NCBI GenBank assembly: GCA_028278345.1 | Contig: JANQEL010000277.1 | Span: forward strand, 11,889-75,888 | From: Myxococcota bacterium | GTDB taxonomy: Bacteria > Myxococcota_A > UBA9160 > UBA4427 | Direction: 5' to 3' | Length of the DNA stretch: 64,000 bases | Part shown: positions 52,503 to 62,433 of the stretch, piece by piece | How positions within the stretch are numbered: the first letter of the stretch is position 1 | Layout of the letters: each line of letters starts with the position of its first letter | The notes under the pieces: model-generated | Seen by the model: the letters and a program-made list of their open reading frames with translations, nothing else | Database searches by the model: none | What the model was told of the DNA's origin: nothing | Translations under genes and position numbers: made by a program

Positions 52503-52877
52503 ATGAAGTGGGCAGCATTGATGTTCGGGGGCGCCCTCGGCGCAACGCTCCGCTACGCGCTCAGTGTCTTCGTCGATCAGCGAATTGCGGCTCTCTTCCC
52601 GTGGGGGACCCTCGCCGTCAACGCCATCGGTTGTTTCCTGATCGGTGTGATCCTCACGAACTTCGACCAACGCGAGGTCTTCTCTCCTGCGCTCCGCCTC
52701 TTCGTGGTGACCGGCGTACTCGGCGCCTTCACCACCTTCTCCACCTTCAGCCTCGAAACCTGGCGACTCGTCGAAGCCGGGCGCGCGGGTCTCGCCTTCG
52801 CGAACGTCGCCGGCAGCGTGCTGCTCTGCCTGGCCGCCACCTTCGTCGGGATCCAGCTGGCGCAGCGGGTCGGCTAG
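52503..52877 (+). CDS. crcB: fluoride ion channel CrcB/FluC
   Basis: 124 aa with four TM helices. Motifs GGALGATLRY and GAFTTFSTFS. The ORF-track N-terminal extension runs across the tRNA and is discarded. Confidence 0.85.
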   Translation: MKWAALMFGGALGATLRYALSVFVDQRIAALFPWGTLAVNAIGCFLIGVILTNFDQREVFSPALRLFVVTGVLGAFTTFSTFSLETWRLVEAGRAGLAFANVAGSVLLCLAATFVGIQLAQRVG

Positions 52878-52883
52878 CCAGAA

Positions 52884-53423
52884 TCAGAGAGCGGGCAGTT
52901 CGATTCGTCTGCCCGCCACTTCGATCCCCGTGCCTTCGTCGTCGACGGCGTTCATGAACTCGGATTGCGCGCGGTGGGTGAAGCGCGCGAGCACGCCTTC
53001 GGGTGCGAGGTGGCGCTTCACGCGACAGAGCAGCGCTCCGTCGATTGGGGAGGTCGTGAGCGACGAGACGTCGAGGACGTCGGTCGAGAGATCGGAGAGG
53101 CGCACGGTGCCTTCGGCCAGGTCGAGGTCTTCGACGAAGAAGCCCGCCTCTTCGACATCGATCAATCCGCGGAAGCGACCGATCTGCACGACATGGGCGT
53201 CCGTGCCGTCGGGCCCTTCGCCCGGCAGGAAGCGCACGGAGACGTCGAACTTCTCGCGCAGTTTGCGGTTGCGAAACGGCAACCCTTCGTGGGTCCACGA
53301 ACCGTCGTGCTCGAGCACGAGATCGAATGAACGAAGCGGAGGCGGGCCGCCCGCAGCGGCATTTGCCGCGTCGATCTCCCGCACGATGCGCGCTTCGCCG
53401 TCGCCCTGCCCTGTCTCACTCAC
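52884..53423 (-). CDS. DUF1285-like protein
   Basis: DGSWTHEGLPFRNRKLREKF... and VEEAGFFVEDL resemble the DUF1285 family. Confidence 0.45.
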   Translation of the reverse strand: MSETGQGDGEARIVREIDAANAAAGGPPPLRSFDLVLEHDGSWTHEGLPFRNRKLREKFDVSVRFLPGEGPDGTDAHVVQIGRFRGLIDVEEAGFFVEDLDLAEGTVRLSDLSTDVLDVSSLTTSPIDGALLCRVKRHLAPEGVLARFTHRAQSEFMNAVDDEGTGIEVAGRRIELPAL

Positions 53424-53450
53424 GCCGGGAGTCTTCCCGGCAGAGCGCGC

Positions 53451-54161
53451 TCATGCAACGCGACCGAAACGCCGGGCGAAGGAGAGGCCGATGGCGCGGC
53501 GCACGCGCGAAGCGAACTCGGGACCCGAGCTGGCGCCCTCGCGTTCGAGGGAGGTCATCTCGACGTCGTGTAGGCCGCAGGGCACGATCGAGTCGAACTC
53601 GCGCAGGTCGATGTCGACGTTGAGCGCGAAGCCGTGGTGGGTCACCCAGTGGCGCACCCCGATGCCGATCGAGGCGAGCTTGCGGGTGGGATCTCCCGCC
53701 ACTGGCGGCGCCACGAACACTCCCGTGCGTCCGTCCACGCGGTGGGCGAAGACACCGAAGGCACCCACCACGTCGATCAGCGCCGCTTCCATGTCGCGCA
53801 CGAATCGGTGGATGTCGGGAGAACGCTGTCGACGCAGATTCGAGATCAGATAGCCGACCAGCTGGCCGCGCCCGTGGTAGGTGACATCGCCGCCGCGCGG
53901 CACCTCGATCACTTCGACACCGCGCGCGGCGAGTGCTTCGGGCGTCTCGCGCAGGTGTTCGCGCCGCCCGGCGCGGCCGAGGGTGACGACCGGCGGATGC
54001 TCGAGCAGGAGCAGGCGGTCTTCGGCGCCGGCCCGCACCGCTTCGAGGGCTTCGTTCTGTCGCGCAAGCCCTTCGCGGTAGGGCACCTCACCCAACCAAT
54101 CGCAGCGCAGCGCGGGCGGGGCCGCGCGCGGAGCGACGGGCGCGTGGGGCGTCTCGCTCAT
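53451..54161 (-). CDS. lipB: octanoyltransferase LipB
   Basis: EHPPVVTLGR, RGGDVTYHGRGQLVGY, KLASIGIGVRHWVTHHGFALNV. Confidence 0.9.
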   Translation of the reverse strand: MSETPHAPVAPRAAPPALRCDWLGEVPYREGLARQNEALEAVRAGAEDRLLLLEHPPVVTLGRAGRREHLRETPEALAARGVEVIEVPRGGDVTYHGRGQLVGYLISNLRRQRSPDIHRFVRDMEAALIDVVGAFGVFAHRVDGRTGVFVAPPVAGDPTRKLASIGIGVRHWVTHHGFALNVDIDLREFDSIVPCGLHDVEMTSLEREGASSGPEFASRVRRAIGLSFARRFGRVA

Positions 54162-55435
54162 AGATCGAATTCCGCGGCCTCGAGCAGTTCGCGGATGCGG
54201 AAGAGGAAGGCGTTGGCCGGGGCCCCGTCGACGGCGCGATGATCGTAGGAGAGCGCGAGATGCATCATCGAACGGATGACGATCGCATCCTCGCCCTCGA
54301 TCGTGCGCACGACCGGGCGCTTCACCATCTCCCCCATGCGCAGGATGCCGACCTGGGGCTGGTTGATGATCGCGAAGCCGTAGAGATTGCCCTTCCTTCC
54401 CGGATTCGAAATCGTGAAGGTCCCGCCGCGCAGCTCATCCGCGCTGAGCTTCTTGTTGCGCGCGCGATTCGAGAGATCGTCGATCGCAGCGGCGAGACCG
54501 GCCAGCGACAGGCGATCGGCTTCGCGCACCACGGGCACCACGAGCCCCTTGTCGGTCTCGACCGCGATGCCGACGTTGATCGCCCGCTTCTCGACGATTG
54601 CGTCATCGATCACCTGGGCGTTGAGCGCCGGATTCTCGCGCAGCGCGCGCACGACCGAGTGCACGATGAAGGGCAGGAAGGTGAGTCCGACGCCGTGCTG
54701 TCGTTCGAACGCCGCCTTGTTCGCCTTGCGCACGCGGGCCACCGCGCTCATGTCGATCTCGGCGACCGTGCCCACGTGGGGGCTCGTGCGCTTCGAGTAG
54801 ACCATGTGATCGGCCACGAGCTTGCGCAGGCGCGACATCGGGATGACGCGATCGCCCTCTTCCACTCCGGCGCCGTACTGCGCCGCCGTCGGACGGGCCG
54901 CGGGCTTCGAGGTCTTCGCGGGGGCCTGGGCTGCGGGAGCCTGGGGTTGGGTCTGCACGGGAGGTGCAGCGGGAACGTGCGACGCCGCTTGTGCCGTGAC
55001 ATCGCTCTGCGTGACGCGACCGTGGGCACCGGTACCGGTCACGCTCGACGGATCGACCCCGGCCTTCTCGGCAGCGCGCTGTGCCAGGGGCGTCGGTGCC
55101 GGAGCGGGGGCCGCGGGTGCGGGCGGTGCTTCGACCGGCGGTGCGGGTGTCAGCGGCGCGGGTTGCTGTGCAGCGGGAGCGACCCCCGTCTGCGCGCCGG
55201 CCTCTTCGATGATCGCGATCTCGGCGCCCACTTCGACGGTGTCGTCGACCGCAGCGAGAATCTTGGCGATCACGCCGGCGCCCGGCGACGGGATCTCGAC
55301 GTCGACCTTGTCGGTGGTCAACTCGACGATGATCTGGTCGAGGGAGACCGTGTCTCCCTCGGCGACCAACCACCGAGCCACGGTGCCCTCGACCACGCTC
55401 TCCCCGAGGTTGGGGACCCGAACCGAAATCGACAT
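54158..55435 (-). CDS. 2-oxoacid dehydrogenase E2 component (dihydrolipoamide acyl/succinyltransferase)
   Basis: N-terminal lipoyl domain (ELTTDKVDVEIPS), Ala/Pro linkers, E3-binding domain, and a catalytic domain ending in the SYDHRAVDG motif. Confidence 0.9.
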   Translation of the reverse strand: MSISVRVPNLGESVVEGTVARWLVAEGDTVSLDQIIVELTTDKVDVEIPSPGAGVIAKILAAVDDTVEVGAEIAIIEEAGAQTGVAPAAQQPAPLTPAPPVEAPPAPAAPAPAPTPLAQRAAEKAGVDPSSVTGTGAHGRVTQSDVTAQAASHVPAAPPVQTQPQAPAAQAPAKTSKPAARPTAAQYGAGVEEGDRVIPMSRLRKLVADHMVYSKRTSPHVGTVAEIDMSAVARVRKANKAAFERQHGVGLTFLPFIVHSVVRALRENPALNAQVIDDAIVEKRAINVGIAVETDKGLVVPVVREADRLSLAGLAAAIDDLSNRARNKKLSADELRGGTFTISNPGRKGNLYGFAIINQPQVGILRMGEMVKRPVVRTIEGEDAIVIRSMMHLALSYDHRAVDGAPANAFLFRIRELLEAAEFDL

Positions 55436-55770
55436 GCCTTCGAAACCTCCGCCTGGAATCACACTGCGCACGCGGGCGCGCCGATGGGAAATCGGCTTCG
55501 CGATCCGCCTACTTGAACGTCAAAGACGCACACGAATGGAGGCGTGTTGCGGGTCCGACCCGATGTGATGCGCCCTCGTTCGAGGGCCGATCTTGCCCAT
55601 GGCCTGCAGATCGGCGCCGAGAAACGCGTGCACGCTCGGGATTCGCCCGGATCGCTCGGGCTATAGTTAGCGCTGCTTCCGTCGATACGGCCAGCCAAAC
55701 GAAGGCGGAACTCGCGCGGGCGATCGACGGCGACCAGAGAGCCCAGGCGTGCGGCCCCCAGAGGTCATCG

Positions 55771-56511
55771 ATGACTGCCCCCGACATCGCGACCCCCGCC
55801 CCCCAGCGCAAGATCCTCGCCTGGAGCGTTCATCTCTTCACGGCCAGCGGGGGTGTCTTCGGCGCGTTGGCGCTGGTGGCGATCGCCCGGGGCGACCTCG
55901 CCTTCGCGGGCATCATGATGCTGCTCACCATGGCGATCGACTCGGTCGACGGCGCCATGGCCCGCGCCGTGGGCGTCTCGGAGGTGCTGCCAAAGGTCGA
56001 TGGCCGCCGCCTCGACGACATCATCGACTTCGTCAACTTCGTGATCGTCCCGGTGGTCTTCATGGCCGCGGCGGGTTCGCTCACCCACTGGTTCTTCATC
56101 GCCCTGCCGGTGCTCGCCAGCAGCTACGGCTTCTCCCAACTCGACGCCAAGACCGAGGACAATTTCTTCCTCGGCTTCCCGTCGTACTGGAACGTGCTCG
56201 CTCTCTACCTGTGGATCCTCGATCTCTCACCCGGCGCGGGTGACGCGTGGTTGCTCACGCTTTCGATCGCGGTCTTCATCCCGCTGAAATACATCTACCC
56301 GAGCAAGATGCAGGTGCTGCGTATCAGCACCTGCGCAGGCGGGCTCGTGTGGACCCTCGTGATGGTCTGGATGATCGCTTCGCCCGATGCCGCGGCGGCG
56401 ATCTACGCCCCCGAGATCAGCCTGGTCTACCCGGCCTACTACATCGCGCTCTCGATGTGGCTCGGGCGCTGGCACGAGCAGATCGCGCAGCTGCTGCCGA
56501 GCGCGCGCTGA
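55771..56511 (+). CDS. pcs: phosphatidylcholine synthase (CDP-alcohol phosphatidyltransferase family)
   Basis: AWSVHLFTASGGVFGALAL...DSVDGAMAR...LPKVDGRRLDDIIDFVNFV is colinear with bacterial Pcs. Start at MTAPDIA. Confidence 0.75.
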   Translation: MTAPDIATPAPQRKILAWSVHLFTASGGVFGALALVAIARGDLAFAGIMMLLTMAIDSVDGAMARAVGVSEVLPKVDGRRLDDIIDFVNFVIVPVVFMAAAGSLTHWFFIALPVLASSYGFSQLDAKTEDNFFLGFPSYWNVLALYLWILDLSPGAGDAWLLTLSIAVFIPLKYIYPSKMQVLRISTCAGGLVWTLVMVWMIASPDAAAAIYAPEISLVYPAYYIALSMWLGRWHEQIAQLLPSAR

Positions 56512-56526
56512 ACCGAAGGCGATGCG

Positions 56527-57612
56527 CTAGCGCGTCATCGCCTCGAGCAGGTCGGTGATGCGCCACGGCTTCGAGAGCACGCGGTGCACGCCGACGGCGA
56601 GCAGGTCTTCCTCGCTGCCGCTGCCACCGGTTCCGATCACCAGGGCGCCCGGGCGCACGTCGTGCACCGCGCGGATCCACTGGCGGATGTTCGCTCCCGC
56701 GAACTCGAAATCGATCAGTACCGTGGCGGCGCGCGGTTCGGCATCGAGGAGTTTCAACGCGCGCGGGAAGTCGTTGGTCGGATAACAGAGCGCACCCAGG
56801 CGCTCGATCTGGGAAACCAGCAGGCGCCGCACCGAGCCGTCGTTCTCGATCACGATGACCGGGCCGTAGTCGGGCAGGATCGGGCGGGTGGTGCCGTGCT
56901 GGTCGAGCAGGATGCGCACCCGCGGATCGTTCGAGAGCGGACGCTCTTCTTCGTCGAGCAGCACGACGAGATAGCCGGCGTCGTGGGTGAGCCGGCGGGA
57001 GCGCACGATCCAGGTCTCGGTCTCGTAGGATTCGCCGGTCGCCAGATCGATCGACGCGCTCACCCAATCCTCCCGGGCGGCTTCGATCAACGCGAGGGCA
57101 TCGGCGCCCAACACGTCCTGCAATTGACTCGCGTCGCGCCCGCCCGTCGTGTGATCGAACATCTGACGCGCGCGCTTGCTCGCGAAGTGGAGCTTGCCTT
57201 CGTTGTCGATCTCGACCACGCCCACCGGCGCGCTGCGCCCGCGCGTCGACGTCGTGCGCGCGGCGTTGTCGACGGCGTCCTGGAGATCGCCGAGGTTGAA
57301 CGGCTTCTCGAGCAATTGCAGCACGCCGCAGCGATCGGATTCGCTGAGCAGATCCTGCGAAGAGAAGCCCGTGATCAAGATCGTGCGGAGATCGGGATTC
57401 ACCGCGCGCAACGCTTCGGAAACGTGAAGGCCGTGGATGTGGTTCTTGAGCATCCAGTCGGTGACGAGGATGTCGGGCCCGGCCGAGATCCCTACGTCGA
57501 AAGCCTCGCGGCCACTGGCCGCCGCCAGCACTTCGTGCCCCTCGTGAGCGAGAAAGCGCGCCAGGGTTTCGCGCAGAGAGTTCTCGTCTTCGACGATCAA
57601 GACGGAAGCCAT
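56527..57612 (-). CDS. response regulator with N- and C-terminal receiver domains and a central PAS-like region
   Basis: VLIVEDE...DILVTDWML...EKPF at the N-terminus. A second REC-like domain (VIVIENDG...VLIDFEF...SKPW) at the C-terminus. Confidence 0.75.
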   Translation of the reverse strand: MASVLIVEDENSLRETLARFLAHEGHEVLAAASGREAFDVGISAGPDILVTDWMLKNHIHGLHVSEALRAVNPDLRTILITGFSSQDLLSESDRCGVLQLLEKPFNLGDLQDAVDNAARTTSTRGRSAPVGVVEIDNEGKLHFASKRARQMFDHTTGGRDASQLQDVLGADALALIEAAREDWVSASIDLATGESYETETWIVRSRRLTHDAGYLVVLLDEEERPLSNDPRVRILLDQHGTTRPILPDYGPVIVIENDGSVRRLLVSQIERLGALCYPTNDFPRALKLLDAEPRAATVLIDFEFAGANIRQWIRAVHDVRPGALVIGTGGSGSEEDLLAVGVHRVLSKPWRITDLLEAMTR

Positions 57613-57784
57613 TGTGGGTGTCTTCCTCCTGCGAACAGCGAAAACGCTGCTCGACAATCTACACGCTTCGGTGGTCGTGTTGAACGGTTCTTTTGAACGA
57701 GAGGGGGGCTGCGGGGTGTACGTCGAGGTTTCGTGCGCGGTTGCAGCTGCAACGCTTCTCTGGCCCCTGTAGCATGCGACCCGC

Positions 57785-58870
57785 GTGGGAAGCTCGGACA
57801 CATATGGCGCTCGAGACAGCCGAGTTGGTGTTCTACTCATCAACCTCGGTACGCCGGATTCGCCCGAAGTGCCGGATGTGCGCAGGTATCTGCGCGAATT
57901 CCTCGGCGATCCCCGAGTTCTGACGATGCCCGCGGCGTTGCGTTGGCTCCTGTTGAACTGCGTGATCCTGCCCTTCCGACCGCGGCGATCTGCCGCGGCC
58001 TATCGTTCGATTTGGACACCGGATGGTTCGCCGTTGCTCCTGTTGGGCGTCGAACTCCGCGAAAAATTAGGGAAAACCCTAGGTGGGGAACACCGCGTTG
58101 CGTTGGGTATGCGGTACGGAAACCCATCGATCGAAGCCGCGGTTCGCGAATTGATGAGCGACGACGGCGGCGCACCGGTGCGGGAGATCATCGCGGTCCC
58201 GCTCTTTCCCCAGTACGCCACGGCCTCGACGGGAAGTGCAATGGCGAAACTGGGTGAGGTCCTCGCCGCGCTGGAGATCGACCTGCCCGTCAAGTTGGCG
58301 GCGCCCTTTTTCGACCACCCCGGATTCATCACGGCCAGCGCAGAAGTTGCGCAGTCTGCCGTCGGAGATTTCGCGCCGGACCATGTGGTGATGAGCTTCC
58401 ACGGGCTGCCCGAAAGCCAGGTTCGTGCCCTCGACGCGACGGGAGCCCACTGCCTGGTGAAGGACGACTGTTGCGACGCCATCGGGCCCGCGAACCCGAG
58501 CTGCTACCGCGCGCAATGCTTCGCAACGGCACGCGCACTTCGCGAAGCGCTTTCCCTCGCCGAAGAGACCACCACCGTCGCGTTTCAATCGCGACTGGGC
58601 CGTGCGAAGTGGCTCGAGCCGGATCTCACGCACGTGCTCCCCGAGCTGGCCGAGCGCGGAGTCGAGAAATTGGCGGTGATGTGTCCGGCCTTCGTGGCCG
58701 ACTGCCTGGAAACCGTCGAGGAGGTCGGCATCCGCGCGCGCGAACAGTGGGCGTCCCTCGGCGGCGAAGCCCTATGCCTGGTGCCCTGCGTGAACGCCGA
58801 ACCGAGTTGGGTGAAGGGGCTGGCCGAGATCGTGCACGAGACGGCTAGAGAGCACGCACCGCCTGCGTAA
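57785..58870 (+). CDS. hemH: ferrochelatase
   Basis: GVLLINLGTPDSP...VRRYLREFL.D.RV, PLFPQY...STG, SFHGLP, and a C-terminal Cys-containing region. GTG start uncertain. Confidence 0.9.
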   Translation: MGSSDTYGARDSRVGVLLINLGTPDSPEVPDVRRYLREFLGDPRVLTMPAALRWLLLNCVILPFRPRRSAAAYRSIWTPDGSPLLLLGVELREKLGKTLGGEHRVALGMRYGNPSIEAAVRELMSDDGGAPVREIIAVPLFPQYATASTGSAMAKLGEVLAALEIDLPVKLAAPFFDHPGFITASAEVAQSAVGDFAPDHVVMSFHGLPESQVRALDATGAHCLVKDDCCDAIGPANPSCYRAQCFATARALREALSLAEETTTVAFQSRLGRAKWLEPDLTHVLPELAERGVEKLAVMCPAFVADCLETVEEVGIRAREQWASLGGEALCLVPCVNAEPSWVKGLAEIVHETAREHAPPA

Positions 58871-59885
58871 AGGCCTTGACCCCTTCGACCGGCGTCTGCG
58901 GCAGGCAACCGTGGCCGAGGTTGGCGATGTAGCCGCGGGCGGGCTTCGCGGCGGACGCCATGGCGCCCACCATCTCGGCGATCTTCTCCGGGGCCGCGGC
59001 GAGGGCGCACGGATCGAGGTTGCCCTGGAGCGAAACGCGATCGCCGTGGCGCGAGGCGGCTTCGGCGAGATCGACGCGCCAATCGAGGGAGAGCACGTCG
59101 ACGCCGGCTTCGACGGAAGCATCGAGCAGGTGAGCGCCGTTGTTGATGTAGAGGATCAGCGGCGCGCGATCGCGCGCGACGGCCTGCGCGATCTCCTGGT
59201 GCCTCGGCAGGATCCAGCGGCGGTACTCGTCGGCGGTGATCAGCCCCGCCCAGGTGTCGAAGAGCTGGACCGCCTGGGCCCCCGCTTCGATCTGTGCGTT
59301 CAGGTAGGCGATCGAACACGCCGTGAGCTTGTCGAGCAGGGCTTCGAGCACGGCAGGTTCGCGGTGCATCATGTGCTTGAGCACACCGAAATCCTTCGAC
59401 CCCCTCCCTTCCACCATGTAGGCCGCGAGGGTGAACGGAGCGCCCGCGAAACCGAGCAGTGGAACCTCGCGCTCGGCGAGGTTCTCGCGGAGCGTGCGGA
59501 TGATCTCGAAGACGAAGGGCACGGATTCGTTCGGATCGGGCACACCCAGGGCGTCGACCTGCGCCGCCGTCCGAATCGGATCGGCGAGAACCGGCCCCGG
59601 TGAGAAGTCGAGTTCGACCCCCATGCCGGGGATCGGCGTGAAGATGTCCTGGAACAGGATGACGGCCTCGCTGCCCACCAGATCGATCGGCTGCAGGCTC
59701 ACCTCGACCGCGCGCTCGACGTCGCGGCACATCTCGAGAAAGGTCACGCCCTCGCGCACTCGCCGGTATTCCGGCAGGTAGCGCCCCGCCTGGCGCATCA
59801 GCCAGACGGGGGGACGATCGACCGGCTCACCGCGACAACTGCGCAGGAAGCGTTCGGTCGGCGTGAACTGCGAGGCTTCGCTCAT
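58845..59885 (-). CDS. hemE: uroporphyrinogen decarboxylase
   Basis: RPPVWLMRQAGRYLPEYR signature. Start at MSEASQF. Confidence 0.9.
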   Translation of the reverse strand: MSEASQFTPTERFLRSCRGEPVDRPPVWLMRQAGRYLPEYRRVREGVTFLEMCRDVERAVEVSLQPIDLVGSEAVILFQDIFTPIPGMGVELDFSPGPVLADPIRTAAQVDALGVPDPNESVPFVFEIIRTLRENLAEREVPLLGFAGAPFTLAAYMVEGRGSKDFGVLKHMMHREPAVLEALLDKLTACSIAYLNAQIEAGAQAVQLFDTWAGLITADEYRRWILPRHQEIAQAVARDRAPLILYINNGAHLLDASVEAGVDVLSLDWRVDLAEAASRHGDRVSLQGNLDPCALAAAPEKIAEMVGAMASAAKPARGYIANLGHGCLPQTPVEGVKAFTQAVRAL

Positions 59886-59916
59886 CGAAGTCTTCTCGGT
59901 CGGGCCGCGGTTGCGC

Positions 59917-61059
59917 TCAATAGCCGCGCAGGGACGCCCAGCGATCTCGGTGAAAGTTCCCATCACCGAACGTGAGTTCGGCCACCCGGGCGCGCTTCAG
60001 ATAGAAGCCGACGTCGTACTCGTCGGTAACCCCGACGCCGCCGAAGAACTGGATCGACTCATTGGCGACGTGGACGTAGGCGTCGGAGCAGCGTGCCTTC
60101 GCGAGCGAGACCAGCTGCACCTTGTCGTCGGCATCCTCGTCGAGGGCACGCGCCGCGGCCATCACGGAAGAGCGACACATCTCGATCTCCATGAAGAGAC
60201 GCACCGCTCGATGCTGAAGACCCTGGAAGCTGCCGATCTTCACGTCGAACTGCTCGCGCTCCTTCATGTGGTCGACCGCGCTCTGGAAGGCCTGGTTCAT
60301 GCCACCGAGCATCTCGGCGCAAAGCCCCACGGTGGCATGGTCGACGGCGTCGCGAAGCACTTCGAGGCCGGCGCCCTCTTCGCCGACGCGCGCGCTGGCG
60401 TCGACGGCCACGTCCTTCAGCTCGACGATCGCCGCGAGGCGATGGTCGACGCGGTGCTGGCTCGTGCGGGTGAGGCCCGCGGCGTCGCCCGGCACGATGA
60501 AGAGGCTGATCCCATCGGCGTCGCCGTCCGCGCCCGAGGTGCGCGCGCTGACGATCAGGGAATCCGCCGCAGCGCCGTCGATCACCTGGATCTTCTTGCC
60601 GCTCAGGCGATAGCCATCTCCATCGCGTTCGGCGCGCACAGCGACCTTTGCGAGGTCGTAGCGGCTGCCCTCTTCCTGGATCGCGACCGCCAGACAGGCC
60701 GAACCGTCGATGATCGCGTCGAGGTGCTGCTTCTTCTGGTCTTCACTGCCCGCCCGATGCAGCAGCTGGCCGGCGAGCAGCACGCTCGAGATGAAGGGCT
60801 CGGGGGCGAGTACCGCGCCCGCGGCCTCGAGCACGGTAATGAGCTCGGCCATCCCCATGTCGGCGCCGCCGTTCTTCTCCGGGAAGGGAATGCCCGTCCA
60901 ACCGAGGTCGGCCATCTCCTTCCACAGGGTCTTCGAGTAGCCGGTGGTGTCGCCGCTATCGCGCAGTTCGCGGAAGCGCGAGACGGGGGACTTCTCGTTC
61001 AGGAAGTCGGCTGCGGTTTCGGCGATGAGTTGTTGTTCTTCGGTGAGTGCGAGGTTCAT
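59917..61059 (-). CDS. acyl-CoA dehydrogenase family protein
   Basis: 380 aa. ACAD N, middle and C domain pattern (…FGGVGVTDEY…). Confidence 0.85.
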   Translation of the reverse strand: MNLALTEEQQLIAETAADFLNEKSPVSRFRELRDSGDTTGYSKTLWKEMADLGWTGIPFPEKNGGADMGMAELITVLEAAGAVLAPEPFISSVLLAGQLLHRAGSEDQKKQHLDAIIDGSACLAVAIQEEGSRYDLAKVAVRAERDGDGYRLSGKKIQVIDGAAADSLIVSARTSGADGDADGISLFIVPGDAAGLTRTSQHRVDHRLAAIVELKDVAVDASARVGEEGAGLEVLRDAVDHATVGLCAEMLGGMNQAFQSAVDHMKEREQFDVKIGSFQGLQHRAVRLFMEIEMCRSSVMAAARALDEDADDKVQLVSLAKARCSDAYVHVANESIQFFGGVGVTDEYDVGFYLKRARVAELTFGDGNFHRDRWASLRGY

Positions 61060-61141
61060 CGTTCTTCTTTCTTCGTTTTTCTTCGTGTGCTTCTTCGGTT
61101 TCGTCTTCGAGTGGATTCGATCGGGTACGAGGGGGTGGGGA

Positions 61142-62341
61142 TCAGCCGAGCCCGAGCACGTGCTTGGACATGATGTTGAGCTGCACCTCGGTGGTCCCGC
61201 CTTCGATCGAATTGCCGCGGGTACGCAGCCATTCGCGGGTCAGATCGATCTCGGGCTCTTCGAAGCCCTCGCCTTCCCAGCCGATGCCCTGCGGGCCGGC
61301 GATGCGAACCATGAGCTCGTGCTGGTTCATGTTGTTCTCGGTGCCGAGCACCTTGAACATCGAACTCTCGGCGCCGGGCTGGTGCCCCGCCTTCGCGTTG
61401 TCGTTCATGCGCTGGGCCGCGTAGCGGAAGGCCGCGACGTCCATCTCCATCTGGGCGACCTCGTTGCGATAGACGGGATCGGCGAGCTGGCCGTCCTCTT
61501 CGCCGAGATACTTCGCCGCCATCTCGACCAGGCGACCGCGGCCCTTCCGAGCACCCCGCGAACCGCCGAAGGTCTGCGAGATCATGGTGCGTTCGTGTCC
61601 GAGCAGCGCCTTGGCCACCGTCCAGCCCGCGTTGATCTCGTGGATCACGTTGCTGACCTTGGCGCGGACATCCTCGAAGTGGGTCTCGCAGAAGGGAGAC
61701 TTGCCGCTGATCAACTGGATGGGCTTCACGCTGACGCCCGGGGTCTCCATGTCGATCAGGATGAAGGTGATGCCCTCCTGCTTCTTCGCGTCGGGGTCGG
61801 TGCGCACCAGGGCGAAGATCCAATCGGCCTGATCGGCGTAGGACGTCCAGATCTTCGTGCCGTTGATCACGAACTCGTCGCCGTCGCGCACGGCCTTCGT
61901 TTGCAGGGATGCCAGGTCGGAGCCGGCACCGGGCTCGGAGTAACCCTGGCACCAGCGGATCTCACCGCGGCAGATCTTGGGCAGGTGTTCCTTCTTCTGT
62001 TCTTCGTTGCCGAAGCGCAGGAGCGTCGGCCCGATCATCGTGAGGCCGAAGCCGATCAGCGGCGCGGGGAGGCCGAGCTTCGCCATCTCCTGGGTGAGCA
62101 CCTTGTCCTCGGCCTTGCTGAGGCCGCCGCCGCCGTACTCGGTGGGCCACATCGGCGAGGTCCACTGCTTCTCGGCCATGATTTCGAGCCAGACCTTGTG
62201 GTCGGGGGTCGCGAACTTCGCCTTGCGCCCTCCCCAGACGGCCGCGTCCATGTCGGCGTTGCCCTTGCCGCGGAGCGACTCGGGGGCGTTGGCTTCGAGC
62301 CAACTGCGGGTTTCGGAACGGAACTTCTCGAGATCGGCCAT
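61142..62341 (-). CDS. acyl-CoA dehydrogenase family protein
   Basis: 399 aa. ACAD signature (WCQGYSEPGAGSDLASL, GTKIWTS, IEGGTTEVQ). Confidence 0.85.
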   Translation of the reverse strand: MADLEKFRSETRSWLEANAPESLRGKGNADMDAAVWGGRKAKFATPDHKVWLEIMAEKQWTSPMWPTEYGGGGLSKAEDKVLTQEMAKLGLPAPLIGFGLTMIGPTLLRFGNEEQKKEHLPKICRGEIRWCQGYSEPGAGSDLASLQTKAVRDGDEFVINGTKIWTSYADQADWIFALVRTDPDAKKQEGITFILIDMETPGVSVKPIQLISGKSPFCETHFEDVRAKVSNVIHEINAGWTVAKALLGHERTMISQTFGGSRGARKGRGRLVEMAAKYLGEEDGQLADPVYRNEVAQMEMDVAAFRYAAQRMNDNAKAGHQPGAESSMFKVLGTENNMNQHELMVRIAGPQGIGWEGEGFEEPEIDLTREWLRTRGNSIEGGTTEVQLNIMSKHVLGLG

Positions 62342-62433
62342 CGGGGGCTCTCCTTGCTGGATCGGGCTGTTGGGATTCGGTTGGTCTGCGTCGCGTATGC
62401 GCGACGCGCGCGGAGGCGCGGAACCGGAGCGGC

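Noticed and set aside
55513-55770. Upstream extension of the pcs ORF (track start 55513)
   Set aside because: The extension is Arg/Ala-rich and overlaps the E2 promoter region. Homology to Pcs begins at MTAPDIA (55771).
58845-58870. 26-nt convergent overlap of the hemH and hemE 3-prime ends
   Set aside because: Ordinary tail-to-tail overlap in a compact high-GC genome, with no additional structure seen.
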